Shown here one piece after another: positions 1-8,568 of a stretch of DNA of 64,000 nt; the first letter of the stretch is position 1, and every line of letters starts with the position of its first letter. A program made the translations under genes and the position numbers. The DNA lies in the NCBI GenBank assembly GCA_039799905.1, contig JBDLRP010000024.1, positions 15,064 through 79,063 on the forward strand, read 5' to 3'. The notes under the pieces are model-generated. The model saw only the letters and a program-made list of their open reading frames with translations. It did no database searches and was not told the origin of the DNA. The stretch comes from Pseudomonadota bacterium (lineage in GTDB: Bacteria; Bdellovibrionota_B; Oligoflexia; Silvanigrellales; Silvanigrellaceae).

Positions 1-762
1 ATTCATCGATGCAAGCTCAAATACCGGAGCGCCGACTCCAACATATTCGCCCTCTACTTTGAGCCTTCGTGAAACAACTCCGTCAAACGCGGCGGTCAGT
101 CTGGTATCGGCAAGGTTTTTTTCCGCCTGCTGAAGATTTATTTGCGCCTGTGCCGTCGCTATGCGTGCGGCCGTGAGGGCGTTGGTGACCCGCTCGAGGT
201 TGCTCTGTGTCGTTGCGCCTTCTTTTTTCAGTTGTTCTTCGCGCTGCATATCTTTTCGTGCCTGCTCAAAAGTCACTTTTGCTTGTTCGAGCTGATTTTG
301 CGCCAGCTTGAGGCGCAGCTGCACATCGGTGTCATCCAAGATGGCGAGGGTTTGCCCGCGGCGGATCTTTTCGCCCGGCTGTGCAACAGTTTTTGCAATG
401 TGACCTGCAATTTTAAAACTGGCTTGTCCTTGTTTCCCTGAATTGACCTGACCCGACACGCGCATTCCGGATTCCGCAGGTTGGGTGGCCTGCGCTGTTA
501 CAATGGCTGGTGCAGTGCTTTCGCTTGCCTGTGCGACTGCTGTGGTTGAGGGTGCTGTGGTTGAGGGTGCTGCCGAGGTGGCAGGGGAAGCCTCTGCAGT
601 TTCGGTGAATCCTGAGCTGGCTTTATTTTCTGACGAAACGACAGGAACCTGTGGAGCCTCACTCGGCAAATCAACTTTTTTTCCGGTGCAGGCGCACAAC
701 AGGCAGAGAGCCGGCAAGAGGATCGTTTGGATCGGAGTGAGCGGTTGGCTTGCTGATGTCAT
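1..762 (-). CDS. RND efflux periplasmic adaptor (membrane fusion protein), lipoprotein; 3' end runs off the window
   Basis: Not in the ORF track; translated by hand from ATG at 762 (GGAG upstream). Reads MTSASQPLTPIQTILLPALCLLCAC (lipobox), an Ala/Ser/Thr/Pro linker, SFKIAGHIAKTVAQPGEKIRRGQTLAILD (lipoyl half), a coiled-coil hairpin, then TRLTAAFDGVVSRR. Lies downstream of a TolC-family gene. Confidence 0.9.
   Translation of the reverse strand, partial: MTSASQPLTPIQTILLPALCLLCACTGKKVDLPSEAPQVPVVSSENKASSGFTETAEASPATSAAPSTTAPSTTAVAQASESTAPAIVTAQATQPAESGMRVSGQVNSGKQGQASFKIAGHIAKTVAQPGEKIRRGQTLAILDDTDVQLRLKLAQNQLEQAKVTFEQARKDMQREEQLKKEGATTQSNLERVTNALTAARIATAQAQINLQQAEKNLADTRLTAAFDGVVSRRLKVEGEYVGVGAPVFELASMN
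539..572. repeat. 15-bp coding tandem repeat (GCTGTGGTTGAGGGT x2) in the adaptor's low-complexity linker (APSTT x2)
   Basis: Read directly in the sequence. Confidence 0.85.
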
Positions 763-856
763 CGTGGGACTCTCCGTGCGAAGGTGTTCAACTGAAATTT
801 TTGAGCGTCTGTGTGAAAAGAAATTTCTCTTGTCGCTTCAGAATTATGAAACAAAG

Positions 857-2275
857 TCATAGCGAAAGTTCTTCGCCCATACCGCGCTGCAGCCTCAGCC
901 AGGCCAAATCGGCTTCAGAACGTGCTGCAACCAAGCCGGCGCGTGCACGAGCCTGATCTCGCTCGGCCGTAATCAAATCGGTTGACGAGGCTTGTCCGTT
1001 GGCAAAGCGCGCTTGGGTGAGGCGATAGACTTCCTGTGCGAGCCGGACGCTGGACAGTGAAGTCTGCAGCGAATCGCTTGCCGCTTTGAAGTCGAGATAT
1101 GTTTTGGTGATCTCGGTTTTCAAGAGCGAAAGCGCTTGTTCAGCACTGATTTCAGCCTTGCTGCGCTGCGCGACGGTCTCGCTGATCTTATTCCAGCGAG
1201 TACCCCAGTCCCACAGCTGCCATTTGAGTTGTAGCCCGACCGCCAGCTTGTCGCGCACATCGTTTTTGGCTGCGAGCAGCGGGGCTGCGGAAGCATCGGC
1301 AGCTCTGCCGCGAATATCCTGTGCGCCGAAGTCGCGTTCATAGCGGGCAAAAGCATTCAGCGATGGAGCGTAATCGAGGCGTGCAGCACCCACCGTCAGG
1401 CTGGTGATTTTTAGTTGGCTTTCAGCCGCCTTGAGTTCCGGCCTGTTGGAAAGCGCCTTTTTAAGAACATCTTCGAGGGGCGGGGCGGTGGGGTTTCTTT
1501 CCTCCAGCAAGGACTTTTCCGGAGCGTCGAGATCGCTGTCACCGACTTTGAGCATCAGCGAGTCGTTGAGGGCCATCAGTGCAAGTTCCTTGGCAACTCC
1601 TGCCTGTGTGAGTTGTGCGCGCGCATCTGCCACACTCAGTTCAAAGCGCATGACATCGACTTGTCCGAGTTTGCCGGCACGATAAAGTGCTTCTCCGTCG
1701 CTCTTTTGCTTTTCCGCAAGAGCAAGACTCGATTTTGCGATTTCAAAAAATTGTACGCTGCGCACCGCATTGAGAAAGCTCTGTGCACCCAGCAGTGCAC
1801 CGTCGCGCTTTGCCTGTGCGGCAGAATCGACAGCGACATCTGCGAGCATCGATGTGGCGCGTGCCTGCAGCGTCAGCGGCAATAGTCCAAAGATGGGTTG
1901 CGAGATTTGCACGGCGGCTGTTGTTACTTTTTCGGGAAATTGCGGAGCCCACGCAGCACCGGTGGCTTTGTTCACCGATTTGTCGAATTTAATGTACTGG
2001 GCGTCGGCATCGATGCGCGGGAAAAGTGAACCAAGTGCCTGTGCCGCGCGCGCGCTGGCTTCGCTCGCCTGCTCTTGCGCAATTCTCACTTGAAAAGGAC
2101 GTTCGCGGCCGAGCTGGAGCGCTTGTCGAAGGGTGAGCTTCCCGACCGATGCAGCTGCCTCAGCGGGTTGGCCATCGCTCGCATCAGCTGTCGAGCCGAC
2201 CACTTTTGCGCTTCCCAACAGAATGCAGACGAGCAGAAAACTCTCATTCGGACGGAAAAGAATGCGCGCTTTCAT
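857..2275 (-). CDS. TolC-family outer membrane efflux protein
   Basis: Signal peptide, LTLRQALQLG start, two OEP repeats (YRAGKLGQVDV; RFANGQASSTDLITAE), LQLKWQLWDWG strand. Its start overlaps the TetR stop by 4 nt. Confidence 0.92.
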   Translation of the reverse strand: MKARILFRPNESFLLVCILLGSAKVVGSTADASDGQPAEAAASVGKLTLRQALQLGRERPFQVRIAQEQASEASARAAQALGSLFPRIDADAQYIKFDKSVNKATGAAWAPQFPEKVTTAAVQISQPIFGLLPLTLQARATSMLADVAVDSAAQAKRDGALLGAQSFLNAVRSVQFFEIAKSSLALAEKQKSDGEALYRAGKLGQVDVMRFELSVADARAQLTQAGVAKELALMALNDSLMLKVGDSDLDAPEKSLLEERNPTAPPLEDVLKKALSNRPELKAAESQLKITSLTVGAARLDYAPSLNAFARYERDFGAQDIRGRAADASAAPLLAAKNDVRDKLAVGLQLKWQLWDWGTRWNKISETVAQRSKAEISAEQALSLLKTEITKTYLDFKAASDSLQTSLSSVRLAQEVYRLTQARFANGQASSTDLITAERDQARARAGLVAARSEADLAWLRLQRGMGEELSL

Positions 2276-2907
2276 GGTGTGGACCTCAGCAGATTTGTAA
2301 ACATGAATTCAATATGTTTTTTGGCAAATGATTTGAGCAGCTCGCGCGGCTCGCTGACATCGTTCATCAGAAGAACTTCCTGCCGCATGAACATCATCGG
2401 ACCGATGAACTCTGCCTCGACGAAGTCGATGTCGAAAGTTGCCGGCCTGGAATTTTCACTGATCTTGATGAGAAAGTGTCTGATCTGTGTGCGCAGTTGA
2501 TCGAGCAATTCCCGAGATTCCTCGCGGAATGCACTTGTTCCGCGCAGACATTCGCTCATCATCAGGCGGTAGAACTGAACCGCTTCGGGTTCGCACCAAT
2601 GGTCGATCATGTCTTCTGCCAGCTCGAGTAGCGATTCTTTGAGCCGGCTTTGATGCGCCGAAATATTCAGATGTGTAAACGCTGGAATCTCGCGTGCGGG
2701 TCCAAAGGTTTCCATCAGGCATTGCAGGATGTGCTGTTTGTTTCGGAAGTGGACGTAGAGAGCACTTTCGCGGATTCCGACACTTGAAGCTAGAGTCCGC
2801 ATGCTGGTTGCCTCAAACCCGTCCCGCGAAAAGAGCCCAAGAGCTGCAACGAGAATGCTCCTTCGGGTGTCGCGACTGTCTGATTTTTTGGGTCTTCCAA
2901 GAACCAT
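2272..2907 (-). CDS. TetR/AcrR family transcriptional regulator
   Basis: GRPK..., ILVAALGLFSRDGFEATSMRTLASSVGIRESALYVHFRNKQHIL helix-turn-helix. I prefer ATG 2907 over 2958 because 2958 lies inside the predicted promoter/operator. Confidence 0.93.
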   Translation of the reverse strand: MVLGRPKKSDSRDTRRSILVAALGLFSRDGFEATSMRTLASSVGIRESALYVHFRNKQHILQCLMETFGPAREIPAFTHLNISAHQSRLKESLLELAEDMIDHWCEPEAVQFYRLMMSECLRGTSAFREESRELLDQLRTQIRHFLIKISENSRPATFDIDFVEAEFIGPMMFMRQEVLLMNDVSEPRELLKSFAKKHIEFMFTNLLRSTP

Positions 2908-2936
2908 GCTCTGCCCCGTCCGCCAGTGAGCTTGGA

Positions 2937-2965
2937 AAATTAATGAACGTTCGTTCATTTGTCAA
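2937..2965 (-). promoter_or_regulatory. sigma70-type promoter (TTGACA-N17-TAATTT) with a TetR-type operator palindrome in the spacer
   Basis: Minus-strand TTGACA at 2965-2960 and TAATTT at 2942-2937. Perfect inverted repeat AATGAACG-TT-CGTTCATT at 2942-2959. Confidence 0.85.
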
Positions 2966-3033
2966 AAGTTCAGTCTTTTTTGGCGTATTGGGGTGTGTGA
3001 TGATGTCACAAAGCAGAAAGTGGGGAGGGGGAA

Positions 3034-3828
3034 GTGCTGGTGGAAGGACTGGTTGCAGCTGTGCTGTGGATGGAACAGGCACAGCGACTGCAGGAGGTCA
3101 GTGCCACACTGCTGGACACTGTGCCCGTTGCGTCTCCCATCGCACAAAATTTTCAGCTCGGTATCCGAGCTGATGTGAGTTTTTTACCTGCCCCCAATGC
3201 AAAAGTTGGAAGTAAAATTGAACCGATGCCGTCGGCTCCCGCGCAGATGATTCCGGCATTGTATTCTGCGGCTTCACTCCCGCTGGGCAGCAACGAGGCG
3301 CTCAGCGGTGAAGTCTGGGGTGGATATTTGCCCGAGGGGAGTGGAAAACTCGTTGGCCTGAAGGCTGCGTTGCGGCAGACGCAATGGGGGGGGCGCGCAG
3401 AGCTGTCGAGCACTCGACTGGGGAGTGCGCGGATCGTTTCCGGCGGCGGATACGCCGTGACATCGTCCTCGCTCAGCGGAACGATCAGCAGTTCACAGGG
3501 TACAGACACGTTTACCTCCCGCTCGGTGCTGACCTTTGTCAGTCTTGCTGTTCAGCACAGCCAGAGCGGTTTGTGGGGCGGCGTGATGCTTGGAAAAAAG
3601 AATACAACCAGCCGTCTATATATTGAGGAAGACAACACCGATCTGCAGGTGTCGGACACTCTGAGCAATGCAAAACAGCCGCACTGGACTCAGGTGAGTC
3701 TTGGAGTGCGGCTTGGGAAAAGCGTTTCAATCGCGCTTTCGGAGTTGATGGTTCCCGACCGGGCCGACCTGCCGCGGCTTTCGCTGGCATGGAGCTTTTT
3801 CACCCCGTCAGGCGCTCTACGTGAATGA
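3034..3828 (+). CDS. hypothetical secreted protein, probably a beta-rich outer-membrane protein
   Basis: 264-aa ORF, GTG start after GGAGG, alternating amphipathic strands, near-terminal LSLAWSFF. Overlaps the 3' end of rel by 29 nt. Confidence 0.65.
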   Translation: MLVEGLVAAVLWMEQAQRLQEVSATLLDTVPVASPIAQNFQLGIRADVSFLPAPNAKVGSKIEPMPSAPAQMIPALYSAASLPLGSNEALSGEVWGGYLPEGSGKLVGLKAALRQTQWGGRAELSSTRLGSARIVSGGGYAVTSSSLSGTISSSQGTDTFTSRSVLTFVSLAVQHSQSGLWGGVMLGKKNTTSRLYIEEDNTDLQVSDTLSNAKQPHWTQVSLGVRLGKSVSIALSELMVPDRADLPRLSLAWSFFTPSGALRE

Positions 3829-6139
3829 CTCCGTCGAGAGCTTCCAGTCGTTCATGAATGTCGCGCAGTTGCGAGATGCTGCTCACGTGCACACGCAGTG
3901 TGATGATTCCGCGTTTTTCCGGAGTCGTCTGCACATCGGCGCCGGTGATGTTGATTTGTGTCGATGAAATCAACTTGGTGATGTTTGCGAGCATGCCTTG
4001 CTTGTCGTGGGCGGTAATTTTCAGGCGCACATTGTGCTCTGCGTTGCCTGATTGATTCCAGCGGCACTCCACTTGTCGCGCAGGGTCATTGGACAATGCC
4101 CAAGGGCAGCTGGCCGAATGAACGGTGACACCTCTGCCGCGCGAAACGAATCCGGTGATGGGTTGCCCCGGCAGGGGTTCGCAGCATTTTGCGAGTCTGA
4201 CAACCAGATCTTGCATGCCCTGAACGATCACCGAATCTTCGGCTTTGCGCCCTGCGCGGTTTTTGAAGCGGCGCGTCGGTTGATTGTCCTGTTCAAAAGC
4301 TTCGGCCGCGTTGCTGTTGATAAGGCTTTCGATCTGCAGGAGCTGCTGGGCCTGTTGTTGCTGTTGTAACTCAGGAACGAGTGCAGCAGGCAGCTGCGAA
4401 ATTATTTTTCCAAGTGACTGCGCTGCATCAACTTTTCCGTAGCCAATTTGTAGGACATAGTCGTCAAGACTGCCAACCGGTAGCACGCGGTTGAGGTCGG
4501 CAAAGACTCCTGTCTTGGTGGCTCTTTCGTAGGTCAGGTTGTGTTTCTCGAGTGCAGTTTCGAGCATTTCCAATCCGGCACGTTTTGCTTCTTCGCGCTC
4601 CTCGCTGCGTAAATAGCCGCGGATTTTATTGCGTGCTTTACTCGTCGTACAATAGGAAAGCCAGTCTTTTGTGGCACGGATTTTGTTGCCCGACAAGATT
4701 TCCACGACGTCCCCGCTGCGCAGTGGAGTGCGCAACGGGCTCATCCGGCCGTTGACTTTGGCTCCTGTCGTGCGCAGACCCAAATCCGAGTGAACGCCAA
4801 ATGCAAAGTCGAGGCAGGTCGAGTTGCGCCGCAGTTCAAAGACATCGCCCTTTGGCGAAAACACGTAAACCTCGTCATCAAACAGGTCGACCTTGACGGC
4901 TTCAAGAAACTCGTTGGGGTCTGAGAGTTCCTTTTGGTGTCGGACGATTTGTTTGAGCCAGTTGAATTTTTCCAAATCCGACTGGCTCATCGGTTCGTCA
5001 CCCGAACGAGCCTGATCGCGGGAGCTGCGTTTTTCCTTGTAGGCCCAGTGCGCGGCAATTCCGTTCTCGGCGATGTAGTGCATTTCAGCCGTGCGGATTT
5101 GCACTTCAAGCAACTCGCCGCGCGCGGCGACTATGGTTGTGTGCAAACTTTGGTAGAGGTTTGCCTTGGGCATTGCGATATAGTCTTTGAAACGACCGGG
5201 GACGGGCTTGTAGGTGCTGTGGACGACACCAAGAGCCTCGTAACATTCGCTGACATTGCTGACTATCACGCGCAGCGCGAAGAGGTCGTAGATATCTTCG
5301 AATTCCATCTGCTTTTCAGACATTTTTTTGTAGATGGAATGAAAATGTTTCGCACGGCCTTCTACTTTGGCCTTGATGTTGTGCTCACGCAACTCGGCTT
5401 CAAGATGCTCGCGTGCTGCGTTGATGACCTTTTCGCGCTCGTCTCGTTTTTGCGCTACGCGTGCGACGAGGTTCGAATAAACCGAAGGCTTGAGTTCCTT
5501 GAGACACAAATCTTCAAGCTCTGCCTTGATTTTGTAAATCCCCAAACGACCGGCGAGCTGGGCATAAATCTCGCTGGTCTCTTCGGCAATGCGCTGGCGC
5601 TTTTCTGTGGGCAGCGCTTTGAGTGTACGCATGTTGTGCAGGCGATCGGCGAGTTTGACGACGATGACCCTGATGTCGCGTGACATGGCGACGATCATTT
5701 TTCTAAAGTTTTCGGCAAGCTTCTCCTGCGAAGAGCGGAACTCAACTTTTGCCAGTTTGGTGAGGCCATCGACAATCGCAGCAACATTGTTGCCGAATTG
5801 TTTCTCAACCTCTTCGACGCTCACTTGCGTGTCTTCGACAACGTCATGCAGAATGGCGGCCACGAGCGAGGTTTCGTCCATGCGGAACTCGGAGAGAATT
5901 TCTGCGACGGCAATCGGGTGAACAATGTACGGCTCGCCGCTCTTTCGCAGCTGGCCTGAGTGGAGCGAGTGAGCAAACTGATAAGCTTTGCGCAAACGTG
6001 CCACTGAGCTGCTGTCCAGATAGCCGGCGGTTTGTGCAGCGAGGCGCGCGAACGCCAGTTCAGCCGGGTCGTCGGCCGGAATGCTGGTCTGCGCGGGTTG
6101 AACTGGCACTGCCGTCGGATTGTTGGGGTCGTGACTCAC
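3800..6139 (-). CDS. rel: bifunctional (p)ppGpp synthetase/hydrolase (long RelA/SpoT homolog)
   Basis: RKSGEPYIVHP, intact HD (LHDVVED), KLADRLHNMRTL, RFKDY synthetase motif, YQSLHT, TGS (VFSPKG), CCEPLPG, C-terminal ACT domain. Confidence 0.97.
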   Translation of the reverse strand: MSHDPNNPTAVPVQPAQTSIPADDPAELAFARLAAQTAGYLDSSSVARLRKAYQFAHSLHSGQLRKSGEPYIVHPIAVAEILSEFRMDETSLVAAILHDVVEDTQVSVEEVEKQFGNNVAAIVDGLTKLAKVEFRSSQEKLAENFRKMIVAMSRDIRVIVVKLADRLHNMRTLKALPTEKRQRIAEETSEIYAQLAGRLGIYKIKAELEDLCLKELKPSVYSNLVARVAQKRDEREKVINAAREHLEAELREHNIKAKVEGRAKHFHSIYKKMSEKQMEFEDIYDLFALRVIVSNVSECYEALGVVHSTYKPVPGRFKDYIAMPKANLYQSLHTTIVAARGELLEVQIRTAEMHYIAENGIAAHWAYKEKRSSRDQARSGDEPMSQSDLEKFNWLKQIVRHQKELSDPNEFLEAVKVDLFDDEVYVFSPKGDVFELRRNSTCLDFAFGVHSDLGLRTTGAKVNGRMSPLRTPLRSGDVVEILSGNKIRATKDWLSYCTTSKARNKIRGYLRSEEREEAKRAGLEMLETALEKHNLTYERATKTGVFADLNRVLPVGSLDDYVLQIGYGKVDAAQSLGKIISQLPAALVPELQQQQQAQQLLQIESLINSNAAEAFEQDNQPTRRFKNRAGRKAEDSVIVQGMQDLVVRLAKCCEPLPGQPITGFVSRGRGVTVHSASCPWALSNDPARQVECRWNQSGNAEHNVRLKITAHDKQGMLANITKLISSTQINITGADVQTTPEKRGIITLRVHVSSISQLRDIHERLEALDGVIHVERLTG

Positions 6140-6245
6140 TGCGGAAGTCTCCTTCGCCAGAGGTTCTACTCCGAGACGAAAAGCTGGTAAATTATCTTCA
6201 TTGTCATTTTAACGCATCCGGACATTCAAACGATGGGTCATCTCC

Positions 6246-6755
6246 ATGGAATTGACTAATCTCATCTGGCATTTGGGCGCGGCGTTGGCGGCTTTCTGGG
6301 CAGCTATTGCCTACCGCGCTCTGAACGCGCGGCACATAGAGCTCCGCCGCTCGGTTCTTGTGTCCCTGTTACCTTTAAGGCAGCAGGGCACCTCAGATTC
6401 TTTGCCGGCTCCAGTGTTGCAAAGACGTTCGCTTCGCTTGCGGACGCTGCGTTGGGTTGCCGAGGAACTCCGCGTCAATTACGGTTTTGAGGTCGTGGTC
6501 GATGCATCGCAGGAGCTTTTGGAACTGGACCAGCCGATTTGGAGCGCGGCTGTCGGCGAGCTGCTTTTTTTGGCAGAGGCCGGTGCGGGCATGCGTGTCC
6601 TTTCTCCGGTGCTGAACGACTCGGGGGAAACTATCAATGCTCAAAAACTGCCACAGTTATTGGCAGAGCTGCGTGTGAGCGGTAAAAAGGTCGTCATCAA
6701 ATGGAATTCCAGCGGGTTTTCAGGAGCCGGAGGGTGGCAATGGAGCGGAGTTTGA
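6246..6755 (+). CDS. hypothetical protein with one N-terminal TM helix
   Basis: 169-aa ORF filling the gap, divergent from rel; no motif recognised. Confidence 0.6.
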   Translation: MELTNLIWHLGAALAAFWAAIAYRALNARHIELRRSVLVSLLPLRQQGTSDSLPAPVLQRRSLRLRTLRWVAEELRVNYGFEVVVDASQELLELDQPIWSAAVGELLFLAEAGAGMRVLSPVLNDSGETINAQKLPQLLAELRVSGKKVVIKWNSSGFSGAGGWQWSGV

Positions 6756-7654
6756 GAGGCGTTGGTTGTGCACTGGCTGCGGCTTTTTTTATTTCCAGAC
6801 CTGCAGCGGCGACAGAGCGCAAGGGTGAACCGCTCTATGTGAGTTATTGTGCGGCGGGAAAGGGACAAATCAAGCCCGATGAATTGCAGGCTTTGCTGAG
6901 CGAAAGCTCACTGGCGGATTTGCAGGTCAGGCGCGGTTTGATTTCTGTGATGCAAAAGCAGGACAACCGCTGCCGCAAGTCGCTGGAAAATTGGCTTGTC
7001 GAAATGCGCAGCCAGACTTTGGAACACCGTACTAAAACAGGGCGGCTGGCGGCCATCACTCTGGGCGTTTTGCTGGATATGCCCGCTGCCAAGCAGCTGG
7101 TTGAAGCGGAGGCTGCCTCGGGTGCCGGATTGGAGTGGCTTGCGACACTGCAGCAGTGGGATGAGCGCGCCTACAGTGATCTTCTTCGCAAGTGGGTCAT
7201 TCGCAGTGGAGAACAAATCCGCCGTTCGCGCGGGCTTGGACAGCTGCCTGCGGAGGTTTACGGGCGCAATCAAATTCAAGAAATGACCCAGACAACCGCC
7301 CTGCAGCCTCTTCCGCCGATCGTCTTTGATTTGTTTTTGAAATCACTCGGCCTGCGCAATGCGGACGCCGACGAAATATCCGCATTGAACGCAATCTTTG
7401 TAAACTTCAATGCCGGCGCACGCAATTTATATGCAAATGCATACGTTCCCGTGCTGCGGCGCAATGCTGTCACGTGGGTTTCGGCGTTTCGCAGCGAGAG
7501 TGCCTGGACACAATTTCAACTGCTTGAATTGATGGGACGCACCGGTGGTGCAGAAATGGTCCGCGAGTTGATGTGGCTCAGTCAGAATCACACCGACTCA
7601 CGGATGAAGAGCCGAGCGTCGCAGGTTTTAGACGAATCGCTCAAGATGCATTGA
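6740..7654 (+). CDS. hypothetical secreted alpha-helical protein with a HEAT-like C-terminus
   Basis: ATG 6740 after GGAGGG, signal peptide ending PAAA; ends LLELMGRTGG...VRELMWLSQNHTDSRMKSRASQVL. Confidence 0.65.
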   Translation: MERSLRGVGCALAAAFFISRPAAATERKGEPLYVSYCAAGKGQIKPDELQALLSESSLADLQVRRGLISVMQKQDNRCRKSLENWLVEMRSQTLEHRTKTGRLAAITLGVLLDMPAAKQLVEAEAASGAGLEWLATLQQWDERAYSDLLRKWVIRSGEQIRRSRGLGQLPAEVYGRNQIQEMTQTTALQPLPPIVFDLFLKSLGLRNADADEISALNAIFVNFNAGARNLYANAYVPVLRRNAVTWVSAFRSESAWTQFQLLELMGRTGGAEMVRELMWLSQNHTDSRMKSRASQVLDESLKMH

Positions 7655-7673
7655 GCGAAGAACACCGTTCAGT

Positions 7674-8384
7674 TCACGGTGCCTCGATGTTTGCCTTCAG
7701 TTCGCCCTTGGCGTTGCTGCAAGTTTCGCTGGCTGCATCGGCCCCGCGCGCGACGCAGCTGACGATGACTTTTTTCTGTAGATCGTGAATGGCCTTTACG
7801 CGGTCCTTTTGTTCCTGAGTCAGGCTGTCGAATGCGGGCAGAACTGCTTTGAGTTGTTCAGTGTACTTGGCCTGAATTTCTTTTGCCTTTGCTACGAACT
7901 CTTCGCGCGATGGAGTGACGGCACGCAGTGCTTGCAAATCGGTTGCCATCGCTTTGAGAATTGGTTCAACTTTGCTTCTGTCGATGCCAAGGACTGAATC
8001 TTTTTTCGCGTCAGCCGCCTTCATCAGTTCTGCGATTTCTGCAGGAAGCGGCTCGTGTCCCATTTTATGCTCACCGCCTCCGCGGGGTCCTTTGTGAAGA
8101 CCGGGACGGCCACGTGGATGAGGTCCGCGCTTGTGGTCTGATTCGTCCTCTCCTTTTGAAAAGCCGGCGCGGTATGGTTTGAATTCATCATTGTTCATTC
8201 CGCTTGCTGCAGCAAAGCTTGCGTCCATGAGATTTTGATTTGTTTCCTCATCAGAGCTCACTTCGCTCTGTGCTGTTCTGTCATTGTCTGCAAGCAGATC
8301 AACCGCTGTTCCGCAGGCTGTTACCGACAATGCAACGATGGTCAGCACCGAGAATTTGCTGAGAGAACGAGTTGAAAGCTTCAT
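7674..8384 (-). CDS. lipoprotein with a His/Gly/Pro-rich segment and an LTxxQ motif (Spy/CpxP/ZraP-like)
   Basis: Lipobox VTAC, HKRGPHPRGRPGLHKGPRGGGEHKMGH, helical region with SLTQEQK, C-terminal Cys pair. Confidence 0.7.
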   Translation of the reverse strand: MKLSTRSLSKFSVLTIVALSVTACGTAVDLLADNDRTAQSEVSSDEETNQNLMDASFAAASGMNNDEFKPYRAGFSKGEDESDHKRGPHPRGRPGLHKGPRGGGEHKMGHEPLPAEIAELMKAADAKKDSVLGIDRSKVEPILKAMATDLQALRAVTPSREEFVAKAKEIQAKYTEQLKAVLPAFDSLTQEQKDRVKAIHDLQKKVIVSCVARGADAASETCSNAKGELKANIEAP

Positions 8385-8440
8385 AAGTCACCCCCTGAGC
8401 TATGTATCGGACCGGACACTTTCCGAGCCTCACAATCCTC

Positions 8441-8467
8441 TTATCGGCAAATAATTCTGTCTCTCAA
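8441..8467 (-). promoter_or_regulatory. sigma28 (FliA)-like promoter for the 7674-8384 lipoprotein
   Basis: Minus strand reads TTGA-N15-GCCGATAA. The -10 is a perfect match; the -35 is weak versus TAAA. Confidence 0.55.
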
Positions 8468-8568
8468 GTTATTTTTTTTATATCTGAAATTATTGAATAA
8501 ATTTTGAGACAGAAGCTGAATTATGGAGGTTATTTTGTCTCATCAGCGGGGGTGGAGGTACACTCTGC

